Assembly: GCA_964367895.1 (NCBI GenBank) | Contig: CAYJAS010000001.1 | Location: 2,404-66,403 of the forward strand | Direction of reading: 5' to 3' | DNA: 64,000 nucleotides | From: an uncultured Oscillospiraceae bacterium | GTDB lineage: Bacteria > Bacillota > Clostridia > Oscillospirales > Butyricicoccaceae | Translations under genes and position numbers: made by a program | In this document: piece by piece, positions 8,627 to 17,292 of the stretch | Layout: each line of letters begins with the position of its first letter | How positions within the stretch are numbered: position 1 is the stretch's first letter | Notes under the pieces: model-generated | Database searches by the model: none | The model's input: only the letters and a program-made list of their open reading frames with translations | Told to the model about the DNA's origin: nothing

Positions 8627-9293
8627 AGCCGCTCTCCTTTATAAGCTTTTTCATTATAACTATGCTCTGCTCAAAATCACATTCCGTAGTATCTACAATT
8701 ATAGAGTCGCTTGCCGCTACAAGTGGCGCGGTTGCACGCTCCATGTCATTTTTATCTCTTTGCACCAAAGAGTCCCTAACCTGTACATAGGTCACCTGCT
8801 CGCCCTTTGCAATTTGCTCCTTATATCGGCGCATGGCACGCACCTCCGGGTCTGCTGTCAGGTATATCTTTAGGTCTGCCTTTGGCAAAATCACCGTTCC
8901 TATGTCCCTGCCATCCATTACAATATTGTTGCTTTTTGCAAATGAACGTTGAAATTCCACCAAAAACTCTCGCACCTCGGGTATTGCCGAAACATCGCTG
9001 GCATATCGTGATGCTTTGTCGCTGCGAATACTGTCGGTGACATCCTCATTGTCCAAAAAGATGTGCTGTGCACCGTCAACATATTCGATGTTGAGCGCAA
9101 TACTCGGCAAAAGAGCGCACACCGCCGAACGGTCTGTCGGCTGTACCCCTTGCCTGTCGACAAAAAGGCCTATCGCACGATACATTGCGCCGGTATCGAC
9201 ATAAATATATCCAAGCTCGGCGGCAATTCGCTTTGCTACGGTGGTCTTTCCGGCGCCCGATGGGCCGTCAATTGCAATTGTTACATACTTCAT
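8619..9293 (-). CDS. cmk: cytidylate kinase
   Basis: IAIDGPSGAGKTTVAKRIAAELGYIYVDTGAMYRA. The ORF-track N-terminal extension (TTG at 9344) is rejected. The internal ATG (MKYVTIAIDG) has a GGAG-type RBS and begins just after the upstream stop. Confidence 0.9.
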   Translation of the reverse strand: MKYVTIAIDGPSGAGKTTVAKRIAAELGYIYVDTGAMYRAIGLFVDRQGVQPTDRSAVCALLPSIALNIEYVDGAQHIFLDNEDVTDSIRSDKASRYASDVSAIPEVREFLVEFQRSFAKSNNIVMDGRDIGTVILPKADLKIYLTADPEVRAMRRYKEQIAKGEQVTYVQVRDSLVQRDKNDMERATAPLVAASDSIIVDTTECDFEQSIVIMKKLIKESGCV

Positions 9294-9295
9294 AA

Positions 9296-10528
9296 TTACT
9301 CCACTTCCGATGCCGCAATGCCGGCACAAACACCGGTAGACCAAGCGATTTGCAGGTTGAAACCGCCGGTGTAGGCATCTACATCTATAACTTCACCGGC
9401 AAAATAAAGACCGGAAAATAGTTTTGATTGCATGGTTGTCGGGTTGATTTCACGCACACTTACTCCGCCCGAGGTGATTATAGCCTCGTCCCATGACGCT
9501 GTGCCTGAAATGCTAAAGGGCACCGCTTTAAGCAAAGAGCACAGCCTGTCCCGCATCGGTTTAGTTATCGAGTTTGCTTTAAGTTCGCCCGAAAGTCCTG
9601 ACTTATCTATTATAACCGCAATTGCCTTTGATGGCAACAAGGTGCTCAAAACATTTGAAAGATTTCGATTTGGCATTTCGGAGAACTCACGAAGCAGACG
9701 CTTATCAAGCTGTTCTGCCGTTAAGGCAGGCTTGAAATCGATAAAAAGTTCACACGGAAAGGCATTTTTTGCCGCTAATTGAGAGGAAGCGCTTAAAATA
9801 ATCGGCCCGGACAGCCCATTTGATGTGAAGATAAGCTCTCCAAACTCGGAAAATACCTTTTTTTTGCCTTGTTTAATTGTCACCTCTACATTGCGCAGTG
9901 AAAGACCCTCCAGCTGAGAGCATGCAGTTCCGTTTTCGACCAGTGGTACTAAGGCCGGTTTTGGAAGTATGATTGTGTGCCCCAGCTTACGACAGAGTGA
10001 AGCTCCGCTGCCATCCGAGCCTGTCCGTGGGTAGCTATTCCCTCCTGCCGCTAAAATAACGGCCTGCGCATCAAACCTCGCTCCGCTTTGACATAAAACG
10101 CCGGTCACAACACTGTCGCTGTGCAATACCTCGGTAACCTTCTCATTTAAAATGTCTACACCGGCACGTTTAAGTGCCGTCTTCAGGGCACCTGTTATCT
10201 CTTTTGCGCTGTCTGAGATGGGAAAAACTCTACTTCCACGCTCTGTCTTCAGCTTAACCCCCAGCTCCTCAAAAAGGGACATCGTGTCCTGTGCATTAAA
10301 GCTATTGTAAGCACTGTAAAGGAATTTGCCATTACACACTGTATTTTTAATCAAAGTGTCCACGTCGCAATCATTGGTCAAATTACAGCGACCTTTGCCG
10401 GTGATATTCAGCTTGACTCCGCAAAACTTATTTCGCTCAAATATTGTGACCTTGGCACCCTTTTTTGCGGCAAAAAGAGCCGCTATCATTCCTGCCGCGC
10501 CACCGCCTATAACGACAATGCTTTTCAT
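9296..10528 (-). CDS. NAD(P)/FAD-dependent oxidoreductase, HI0933/BaiN-like flavoprotein
   Basis: N-terminal dinucleotide fold VVIGGGAAGMIAA followed by ITGKGRCNLTN, characteristic of the HI0933 family. 410 aa. Confidence 0.8.
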   Translation of the reverse strand: MKSIVVIGGGAAGMIAALFAAKKGAKVTIFERNKFCGVKLNITGKGRCNLTNDCDVDTLIKNTVCNGKFLYSAYNSFNAQDTMSLFEELGVKLKTERGSRVFPISDSAKEITGALKTALKRAGVDILNEKVTEVLHSDSVVTGVLCQSGARFDAQAVILAAGGNSYPRTGSDGSGASLCRKLGHTIILPKPALVPLVENGTACSQLEGLSLRNVEVTIKQGKKKVFSEFGELIFTSNGLSGPIILSASSQLAAKNAFPCELFIDFKPALTAEQLDKRLLREFSEMPNRNLSNVLSTLLPSKAIAVIIDKSGLSGELKANSITKPMRDRLCSLLKAVPFSISGTASWDEAIITSGGVSVREINPTTMQSKLFSGLYFAGEVIDVDAYTGGFNLQIAWSTGVCAGIAASEVE

Positions 10529-10550
10529 TTGCCTATCGTTCCTCTCTAAC

Positions 10551-11273
10551 TTACAGGTTTTTGAGGTAATTTACCTCATCCTCGGTCAAGTGTCTCCATT
10601 TCCCTCCGGGCAAGTCACTGAGCTTTACATCTCCCACTGCAACACGCTTTAGAGCATTTACCGTAAAGCCGCATTTGACACACATTCGCCTAATTTGCCT
10701 GTTTTTACCCTCTCGTATTGCCATGGTCATTATATATCCGCCGTCTGCCGATTTGCCGACTAATTTACACTTGGCCGGGAGCAATTTCACACCGTCCACC
10801 TCAAGCGAAGCCGACAACATTACATCGGGTGACTCCGGCGGTGTGCCCTCATCATAGGTCATGCGCACCAGGTATTTTTTGTAAACCTTGTGTGAGGGAT
10901 GGGTCAATTTATTTGTCAGTTCACCGTCATTTGTCATTATAAGCAGACCTTCGGAATGCATGTCAAGACGGCCTACCGGCCACAATCTGTGCGGTATATC
11001 GGAAATCAGATCGGACACATTTTTCCTGCCCGCTTCGTCCGACATGGTGGTCACATATCCCCTCGGCTTGTTGAGCATTATGTAAACAAGCTGTTGCGCC
11101 AAACTAATTGTCTTTCCGTCAACTACAATTGTATCGGTCTCAATATCCGCCGACTGGCCGATTTGGGCGATTTGCCCGTTTATACGCACTCTACCCTCTG
11201 CTATCATCTTTTCTGCCGCTCGCCTTGAGCATATGCCCTGCGCCGACAGTAATTTTTGTATTCTCTCTGTCAA
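10551..11273 (-). CDS. rluB: 23S rRNA pseudouridine synthase, RluB/RsuA family
   Basis: S4 domain (ICSRRAAEKMIAEGRVRING) plus catalytic GRLDMHSEGLLIMTNDG. Confidence 0.85.
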   Translation of the reverse strand: MTERIQKLLSAQGICSRRAAEKMIAEGRVRINGQIAQIGQSADIETDTIVVDGKTISLAQQLVYIMLNKPRGYVTTMSDEAGRKNVSDLISDIPHRLWPVGRLDMHSEGLLIMTNDGELTNKLTHPSHKVYKKYLVRMTYDEGTPPESPDVMLSASLEVDGVKLLPAKCKLVGKSADGGYIMTMAIREGKNRQIRRMCVKCGFTVNALKRVAVGDVKLSDLPGGKWRHLTEDEVNYLKNL

Positions 11274-12367
11274 AATATCCTCCGTAAAAAATCGCCTATT
11301 TTTTGTAGTACAGTCGGTTCGGGCAATTCCCTCTCGATCGACTGCTCATAAAACAGTTGTGTGGTGAAAATTTTATTTCCGTTGAGCACAACTTGTAACT
11401 GCCCGTATACGTCGCCTGCCTTAACGCCCCCATAAGTAAAGCGAGGACCGCAAATATTGTATTGTAGTTGCTCGTATTCGCTGTCACTCAAAGCAATTTC
11501 AAAGCTTTTATCGGTATAAAGAGAGACAGACTGTGTATCTCCTGCCACCACGGGTATTTCTGAAAATACGCCCTGTTCCACTATCTTGCGCACACTGAAT
11601 AATTGCTGTGCGTACTCACTCATTTTTTTGTGGTCATCCCAGTCATCGGGTGCATTTAAGGTGACCGCAATAAGCATTCTTCCGTCCACCTCAAAAGCCG
11701 AAACAAGACAACGCCCATTTGACATTGTATATCCCGTTTTAACGCCGACAAATCCGTCTGTATACAACAATTTGTTGTGGTTTACCATGTTTCTATCGGC
11801 TATAAAAACCGATTTTGTGCCCACAATTCTCGCAAAATCAGCGTTTTGCATGGCATAAGCGGCAAGCAACGCCATATCCTTTGCCGTTGAATAATGCTGT
11901 TCACCGTCAAGTCCGCTCGGATTTTCAAATGATGTATTTTCAAGTCCGAGCTGTTGTGCCTTGTCGTTCATCAGCATAGCAAAACTCTCTTGACTGCCTG
12001 CAAGAGCACAGGCAAGTGCGACCGCAGCATCATTACCGCTCATCAGCAAAAGTCCATGCAGTAGCTGATCCACCGTTAATCGCTCGCCCGGTGCTAAGTA
12101 CATTGACGAGCCTTCAATACCACACCACTCAGGCTTTATTTCTATCACTTGGTCTGTCAAATAATAGTCGAGTGCGACCATTGCCGTCATGATTTTTGTT
12201 GTGCTTGCCATTCCCCGCCTTGTGTCGGCATCTTTTTCAAACAAAAAGCTACCGGTCAGCGGATCATAAAGTGCGGCCGAATGCGCAGAAACCGCTCCCA
12301 TTTCAGTTGCGCTGATACTTGTTACCGTTAAAATTAGCACAAGCATTGCGCAAATCAATCTTTTCAT
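11270..12367 (-). CDS. D-alanyl-D-alanine carboxypeptidase (PBP5-type, serine)
   Basis: Signal peptide, SxxK (ASTTKIMT), SGN (MSGNDAA), KTG (VKTGYT). Confidence 0.9.
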   Translation of the reverse strand: MKRLICAMLVLILTVTSISATEMGAVSAHSAALYDPLTGSFLFEKDADTRRGMASTTKIMTAMVALDYYLTDQVIEIKPEWCGIEGSSMYLAPGERLTVDQLLHGLLLMSGNDAAVALACALAGSQESFAMLMNDKAQQLGLENTSFENPSGLDGEQHYSTAKDMALLAAYAMQNADFARIVGTKSVFIADRNMVNHNKLLYTDGFVGVKTGYTMSNGRCLVSAFEVDGRMLIAVTLNAPDDWDDHKKMSEYAQQLFSVRKIVEQGVFSEIPVVAGDTQSVSLYTDKSFEIALSDSEYEQLQYNICGPRFTYGGVKAGDVYGQLQVVLNGNKIFTTQLFYEQSIERELPEPTVLQKIGDFLRRIF

Positions 12368-12421
12368 ATCAAATCACCTGCCCGATAATAAATACGGGCA
12401 GGCGGACATCAATATGCGCAA

Positions 12422-12793
12422 TTAATAAACCGGATCTTGCTCTTTCTTCTCTTGTTTAAGAGATTGAAGCTTGTCAATAGCTCCGGGCACCATGTCTATG
12501 ATTTTGTCTACAGCTCCGTTTGTCGGCGCTTCAAGATAAATCATACGAACATTTCCGCTTGAGATGACAATAAAGGCGACAGGCGCTATCGTCACGCCGG
12601 CACCGCTTCCTGCACCGTACCTAATATTTTGTCCATCGGTTCCGCCCGAGGCAAAGCCAAAGGTGACTTTAGACACCGGTATCAGTGTTGTTCCGTCCGG
12701 AGTTGTAATCGGCGTGCCTACCACCGAGTTGGCATCGACCATCTCCTTGACTTTTTCCATTGTTGTGCCCATCATTTCGCTGATATTGCTCAT
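12422..12793 (-). CDS. ytfJ: sporulation protein YtfJ (GerW family)
   Basis: 123 aa. VVGTPITTPDGTTLIPVSKVTFGFASGG and the GAGSGAGVTIAPVAFIV Gly-rich core are typical of YtfJ. Confidence 0.85.
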   Translation of the reverse strand: MSNISEMMGTTMEKVKEMVDANSVVGTPITTPDGTTLIPVSKVTFGFASGGTDGQNIRYGAGSGAGVTIAPVAFIVISSGNVRMIYLEAPTNGAVDKIIDMVPGAIDKLQSLKQEKKEQDPVY

Positions 12794-13386
12794 TTTTTGA
12801 CACCCTTCCTGTTTGTTTTAAATACTCCGCCACGATAAAGGGTATAGAGAACACGAATTATACCTACTGCCATTATCGCAACCGAGGTTGATATTGTTAC
12901 GTCAAGCAAAATATCTGTCTGCTTGCCGTCAAATCTCGCATCTATCGCTATGTCCGACCGCTTTATTTTAAATGCCTGCTCAAGTGGCGGGAAAACCGCC
13001 GACACTGCCGAGCAGGTTTTGCCGTAGGTCAATGCCGTTTGGGCGGCATCACTTTCTGAAACAGTCATATGCAGTGTAAAGTTTTTAACCTTTAGTGCTC
13101 TTTTAAACACAAGCAATACATCTCCGCAAGCTTTTATAAGTAACGGTATTGTATGACTGTTTATCTCTATCGGGGATTTTGATTTTTCTTTGTCTTTTTT
13201 AGGCTTTTTTTGCTTTTTGGGCTTTGATTTTTTTTTGACAGGTAGCAGTTTTAGCATAATAACTCCCGCTCCTACCCACAACGAAAACACGCCGTCATAT
13301 CGAAGGCGCACCTTGACCTGCAGTATAAGTGTCAGCAGTAAAATACTGCCGATTAGCGCAAGGGGTACAATTAAAACCCACTGCAA
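12790..13386 (-). CDS. ytfI: DUF2953-like membrane-anchored sporulation protein (YtfI-like)
   Basis: N-terminal TM helix, Lys-rich linker (KKKSKPKKQKKPKKDKEKSK), 198 aa. 4-nt overlap with ytfJ, as in the ytfI-ytfJ pair of Bacillus. Assignment is by architecture and context. Confidence 0.6.
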   Translation of the reverse strand: MQWVLIVPLALIGSILLLTLILQVKVRLRYDGVFSLWVGAGVIMLKLLPVKKKSKPKKQKKPKKDKEKSKSPIEINSHTIPLLIKACGDVLLVFKRALKVKNFTLHMTVSESDAAQTALTYGKTCSAVSAVFPPLEQAFKIKRSDIAIDARFDGKQTDILLDVTISTSVAIMAVGIIRVLYTLYRGGVFKTNRKGVKK

Positions 13387-13388
13387 GG

Positions 13389-13949
13389 CTATTCCTCCAC
13401 TTCAAGGCTTATTTCAAGCTGTTCGGCCTCTCCTTCTTCGAGTAGCTTGAGCTTTGGTAGCTGTGTAATTGCCGACAGGCCAAAAGAGCGCAAAAAACTC
13501 TCGGTAGTTTTGTACAAAATCGGTCTGCCGGGCACATCAAGTCGCCCACAATCCTCAATCAAGCCTTTGTCCACTAAACTACCCACCGTGTAAGAGCAAT
13601 CTACACCTCTCACCTGTTCGATATAGGTCTTGGTTACAGGCTGTTTATAGGCAATCACGGCAAGCACCTCAAGTGCTGAAGGAGTGAGCGGTTGGGTGCG
13701 TCTTGTTTCAAGGGTGGCTCTAACTTGCGGCGCAAAATCGGCACGAGAGCATAGCTGATATTTGTCGCTCAAGTGCAAAAGTTTTATGCCTCTGCGCTCA
13801 AAATCGTAATAATCGGCTAACTGTTTTGCCGTTTCCTCGAGGGTGTGACGGTCTATCTCCAGCACTTCGCAGAGTTTTGACTCGCTCACCGAATCTCCTG
13901 CGGCAAAGAGCACCGCTTCAAGCGCACAAATTAGCTGGTTAAACGGCAT
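13389..13949 (-). CDS. scpB: segregation and condensation protein B
   Basis: LEAVLFAAGDSVSESKL..., winged-helix ScpB pattern. Start moved to MPFNQL (GGAGGG RBS upstream), giving an 11-nt overlap with scpA. Confidence 0.9.
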   Translation of the reverse strand: MPFNQLICALEAVLFAAGDSVSESKLCEVLEIDRHTLEETAKQLADYYDFERRGIKLLHLSDKYQLCSRADFAPQVRATLETRRTQPLTPSALEVLAVIAYKQPVTKTYIEQVRGVDCSYTVGSLVDKGLIEDCGRLDVPGRPILYKTTESFLRSFGLSAITQLPKLKLLEEGEAEQLEISLEVEE

Positions 13950-14691
13950 CCTCTTCCCTCCAAACATTTTGCTCCTCAATATCGGCAAGGCGGAGCATAT
14001 ACCCCTGCTCGCTGTCTTCTATCATAACCTTATGTGCCTTAGAAAGTTCAAGCACGGCAAGAAAAATTGCAACTATCTCCGAACGACTGGTTGACGACAG
14101 GACAAACTTTTCAAAATTGATGGTTTGCGATTTTGACAGCAACACAACAAGTTGACTGATTTTATCCTCTACCGGCACCGGCTCACGGCCGACAATACCT
14201 TGAAAGGCAGACACGGGAGGGGGCAGTTTTTGTTGTGACCGCTCAAAAATATTTTCGATAGCTTTTATCAGTACATCATAATTGTACTCATAAACTACCT
14301 CTCGCTTTTGCTTTTCAAGCACCTCTTGTGTCTTGACAAAAAGGTCACGCCCGATTTCCGACATGGTCTTAAAATGCTCTGCCGAAAGCTTAAACTGCTG
14401 ATATTCCAGCAAAGCACGTGCCAAATCCTCACGCGGGTCAACCTCGCCTTCCTCCTCATATACCGGGAGGAGCATTTTGGATTTGATATACATCAGCTGT
14501 GCCGCCATTGTTATAAACTCGCTGGCGACATTCATGTCAAACTCACGCATTTGCTTTAAGTAATCCAAATACTGCTCAAGTATTTTGGCTATCGGGATAT
14601 CACAAATATCCACCTTGTTCTTAGAAATTAGATGCAGCAGCAGATCAAGCGGCCCGTCAAAAGTGTCGAGATGAAATGTTACAGCGCTCAT
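13939..14691 (-). CDS. scpA: segregation and condensation protein A
   Basis: FDGPLDLLLHLISKNKVDICDIPIAKILEQYL. Start taken at MSAVTF (TAATG overlap with the upstream stop). The ORF-track extension to 14796 lies inside the protease gene. Confidence 0.9.
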   Translation of the reverse strand: MSAVTFHLDTFDGPLDLLLHLISKNKVDICDIPIAKILEQYLDYLKQMREFDMNVASEFITMAAQLMYIKSKMLLPVYEEEGEVDPREDLARALLEYQQFKLSAEHFKTMSEIGRDLFVKTQEVLEKQKREVVYEYNYDVLIKAIENIFERSQQKLPPPVSAFQGIVGREPVPVEDKISQLVVLLSKSQTINFEKFVLSSTSRSEIVAIFLAVLELSKAHKVMIEDSEQGYMLRLADIEEQNVWREEDAV

Positions 14692-15347
14692 TAAAATACA
14701 CCAAACAGCGTCAAAATTGCGCCAACTCCTGAAAACAGAATGTCCATAATAACATTTCTGATTGCGCTTATCGGTCCATTTAGAAATCCAAGCCACAGCA
14801 AGGCGAAAAAGCCGAAGGTGATGTAGCCTTGATAATTGTAAAAGAAGGCATTTACGCTTTGCGGAAGCAAAGGCATTACGACCTTTGAACCGTCAAGCGG
14901 CGGTATAGGTAATAAGTTAAAAGCCGCAAGTCCTACCGACAGCATGGCGGTGAGTTCTAAAAAGCTGATAAGTCCCATTGCAATAACACTTTGTGTGCCT
15001 GTCATATAGATCAAAACAACGATCAGAATAAGCACAAATGCCAGCAACATATTGGCGACAGGGCCTGCAAGGGCGACAAGCGCCATTCCCAGCTTGCGAT
15101 TTTTCATCTTAAAGTTATACGGATTAACCGGCACCGGCTTTGCCCAACCAATTCCGGCAACAACCATGCACAGCGCCCCTATCGGGTCGATATGGGGTAT
15201 TGGATTTACCGTCAGCCTCCCCTGATTTCTCGCCGTATTATCGCCCAATGCATAAGCAACCAGTCCATGAGCAAGCTCATGAAAAATAATTGCAATCAAA
15301 ACGGCCGGTATTAGCATTAAATAGTATTCAAGTGTATTTCCCAGCAA
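14691..15347 (-). CDS. site-2 protease family (peptidase M50) membrane metalloprotease
   Basis: HExxH in a TM helix (FHELAHGLVAYAL), polytopic, 218 aa. Confidence 0.8.
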   Translation of the reverse strand: MLGNTLEYYLMLIPAVLIAIIFHELAHGLVAYALGDNTARNQGRLTVNPIPHIDPIGALCMVVAGIGWAKPVPVNPYNFKMKNRKLGMALVALAGPVANMLLAFVLILIVVLIYMTGTQSVIAMGLISFLELTAMLSVGLAAFNLLPIPPLDGSKVVMPLLPQSVNAFFYNYQGYITFGFFALLWLGFLNGPISAIRNVIMDILFSGVGAILTLFGVF

Positions 15348-15375
15348 TGCTGTGCACCTACTTTTTATGTATTTT

Positions 15376-16692
15376 TTAGAAAATATCGTTTCTAATCAGG
15401 TCTTCATAGCTTTCACGGCGGACAACGACCTTTGTTTGACCGTCCTCACAGATGAGCACTATCGGCGGGCGAGGTACTCTGTTATAATTTGACGCCATGG
15501 AGAAATTATACGCACCGGTTGCGAAAACGCACAGCGTATCCCCTGCCTTGGCAGGCTGTATCATAATATCACGGCTTACCATATCGCCGCTTTCACAGCA
15601 TCTACCTGCAATAGTTTGCAATTTATCCTTTTCACTGTCTGCACGGTCAACAACACAAGCATCGTACTGTGCCTCGTACAGGGCAAATCGGGGATTGTCG
15701 GTCATTCCACCGTCTACCGATACATAGCAACGTGCACCCTCTATATCTTTGACACTGCCAACGGTATACAGCGTGCACCCCGCATCGCCGACAACCGTTC
15801 TTCCCGGTTCTATGACAATTTCAGGGAGTTTACTCAGCCCAAACTTTTGCGCCGCCGCACGAACGGCAGTGCCGATGGCATCTATTACCACATCTTTGTT
15901 TTCCGGTTTGTCCTCGGGCATGTAGCGAATGCCAAATCCGCCGCCCAAAATCAGTTCGGGAAGTTCTATGCCAAAAGCAGTGTTAATTTCACTGATTAGC
16001 TTTATCATGACATCGGCCGCCATTCCAAAGGAGTCGGTACCAAAAATCTGTGAGCCGATATGGCAATGGATGCCGTGGAAGTCAATATTACTCGCTTTGT
16101 GCATCATTTCGGAGGCCTTCATGGCGTTTCCATCGCTAATTCCAAAGCCGAATTTGCTATCCTTTTGGCCTGTTTGCACAGCCTCAAAGGTGTGCGCTTC
16201 GATACCCGGTTTGATGCGAAGCATACCTCTCACACGCTTGTTCAGTTGTCCTGCGATACTGTCAATGCGTGGAATTTCTTCAAATGAATCGGCGATGATT
16301 GAGCCTATTCCGCATTCAATGGCCATTTTAATCTCGTCATCTGTCTTGTTATTTCCGTGGAAATGCAGGTTTTGCGCCGGAAATCCCGCTTTAAGTGCAG
16401 TGTACAGTTCACCACCCGAGACAACATCAGCATGTGCTCGCTCTTCATTCAATATTTTATAGAGAAAACCGGCACACAGCGCCTTGCTGGCATATGCTAC
16501 CTTGCAGCGCTCTCCGAAATTGCGCTCCATCGCATTGACAAAAGTGCTGACCGTTTTTCTGATGGTACTCTCGCTCATTACATACAGCGGTGTACCGTAT
16601 TTTTGCGCCATTTCTTTTAGGTTTACACCGTCATAATGCAGTACTCCACTGCTGTCTGTTGTAAAATGCTCGTTGTAAATAATCTTGTCCAT
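15376..16692 (-). CDS. lysA: diaminopimelate decarboxylase
   Basis: PLP Lys motif (AYASKALC), GGGFGI, EPGR, CESGD. 438 aa. Confidence 0.9.
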   Translation of the reverse strand: MDKIIYNEHFTTDSSGVLHYDGVNLKEMAQKYGTPLYVMSESTIRKTVSTFVNAMERNFGERCKVAYASKALCAGFLYKILNEERAHADVVSGGELYTALKAGFPAQNLHFHGNNKTDDEIKMAIECGIGSIIADSFEEIPRIDSIAGQLNKRVRGMLRIKPGIEAHTFEAVQTGQKDSKFGFGISDGNAMKASEMMHKASNIDFHGIHCHIGSQIFGTDSFGMAADVMIKLISEINTAFGIELPELILGGGFGIRYMPEDKPENKDVVIDAIGTAVRAAAQKFGLSKLPEIVIEPGRTVVGDAGCTLYTVGSVKDIEGARCYVSVDGGMTDNPRFALYEAQYDACVVDRADSEKDKLQTIAGRCCESGDMVSRDIMIQPAKAGDTLCVFATGAYNFSMASNYNRVPRPPIVLICEDGQTKVVVRRESYEDLIRNDIF

Positions 16693-16695
16693 TTT

Positions 16696-17292
16696 TTATT
16701 CCCCCAGCGCTTCTATTACATCATTAAAAATCATTTCTTTATTAGTCCCCTTCTCTGCTGAAAAGGGAATTACCTTTACATCAATCCCAAGCCCAAGTGT
16801 CTGTCTGATTTGAGCAATGCTACCATCAATTTGCGATTTTTTCAGCTTGTCCAGCTTATTTGCAATAACGGTAATCGGCGCACCGTAATCTACCGCCCAG
16901 CGTGCCATTAAAATATCGTCATCAGTCGGCTCATGTCTGGCATCGACAATCATAAACAAGCGTGCAATATTCCCTCTGTCTGCGCTGAAATAGCTTTCAA
17001 TAAGCGCCGAATATCTTGCTCTCTCCTGCTTTGATGTTTTGGAGTATCCATATCCGGGCAGGTCTACAAGCCACAGCGCTTTGTCGAGCAAAAACAAGTT
17101 TACAAAAACTGTTTTACCCGGCATTGAACTGACCCTTGCAAAGCCTTTGTGATCTACAATTCGATTTATGGTGGACGATTTTCCAACATTCGAACGGCCG
17201 GCGAATACAATTCTCGGACGATCGTCATTTGGGAAATCACGCTCACTTGCGGCACTGCGCACAAACTCAGCTTTTCTAAAATTTATACTCAT
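16696..17292 (-). CDS. engB: ribosome biogenesis GTPase YihA/YsxC (EngB)
   Basis: G1 GRSNVGKSS, G3 DLPGYG, G4 NKLDK. Start at MSINF, ATGA overlap with the lon stop. Confidence 0.9.
   Translation of the reverse strand: MSINFRKAEFVRSAASERDFPNDDRPRIVFAGRSNVGKSSTINRIVDHKGFARVSSMPGKTVFVNLFLLDKALWLVDLPGYGYSKTSKQERARYSALIESYFSADRGNIARLFMIVDARHEPTDDDILMARWAVDYGAPITVIANKLDKLKKSQIDGSIAQIRQTLGLGIDVKVIPFSAEKGTNKEMIFNDVIEALGE

Noticed and set aside
12377-12402. Hairpin cctgcccg-N10-cgggcagg between ytfJ and the carboxypeptidase gene, as an intrinsic terminator
   Set aside because: No U-run follows on the minus strand; the sequence continues tgatttgatATG into the next gene. It may modulate read-through, but I cannot support a terminator call.
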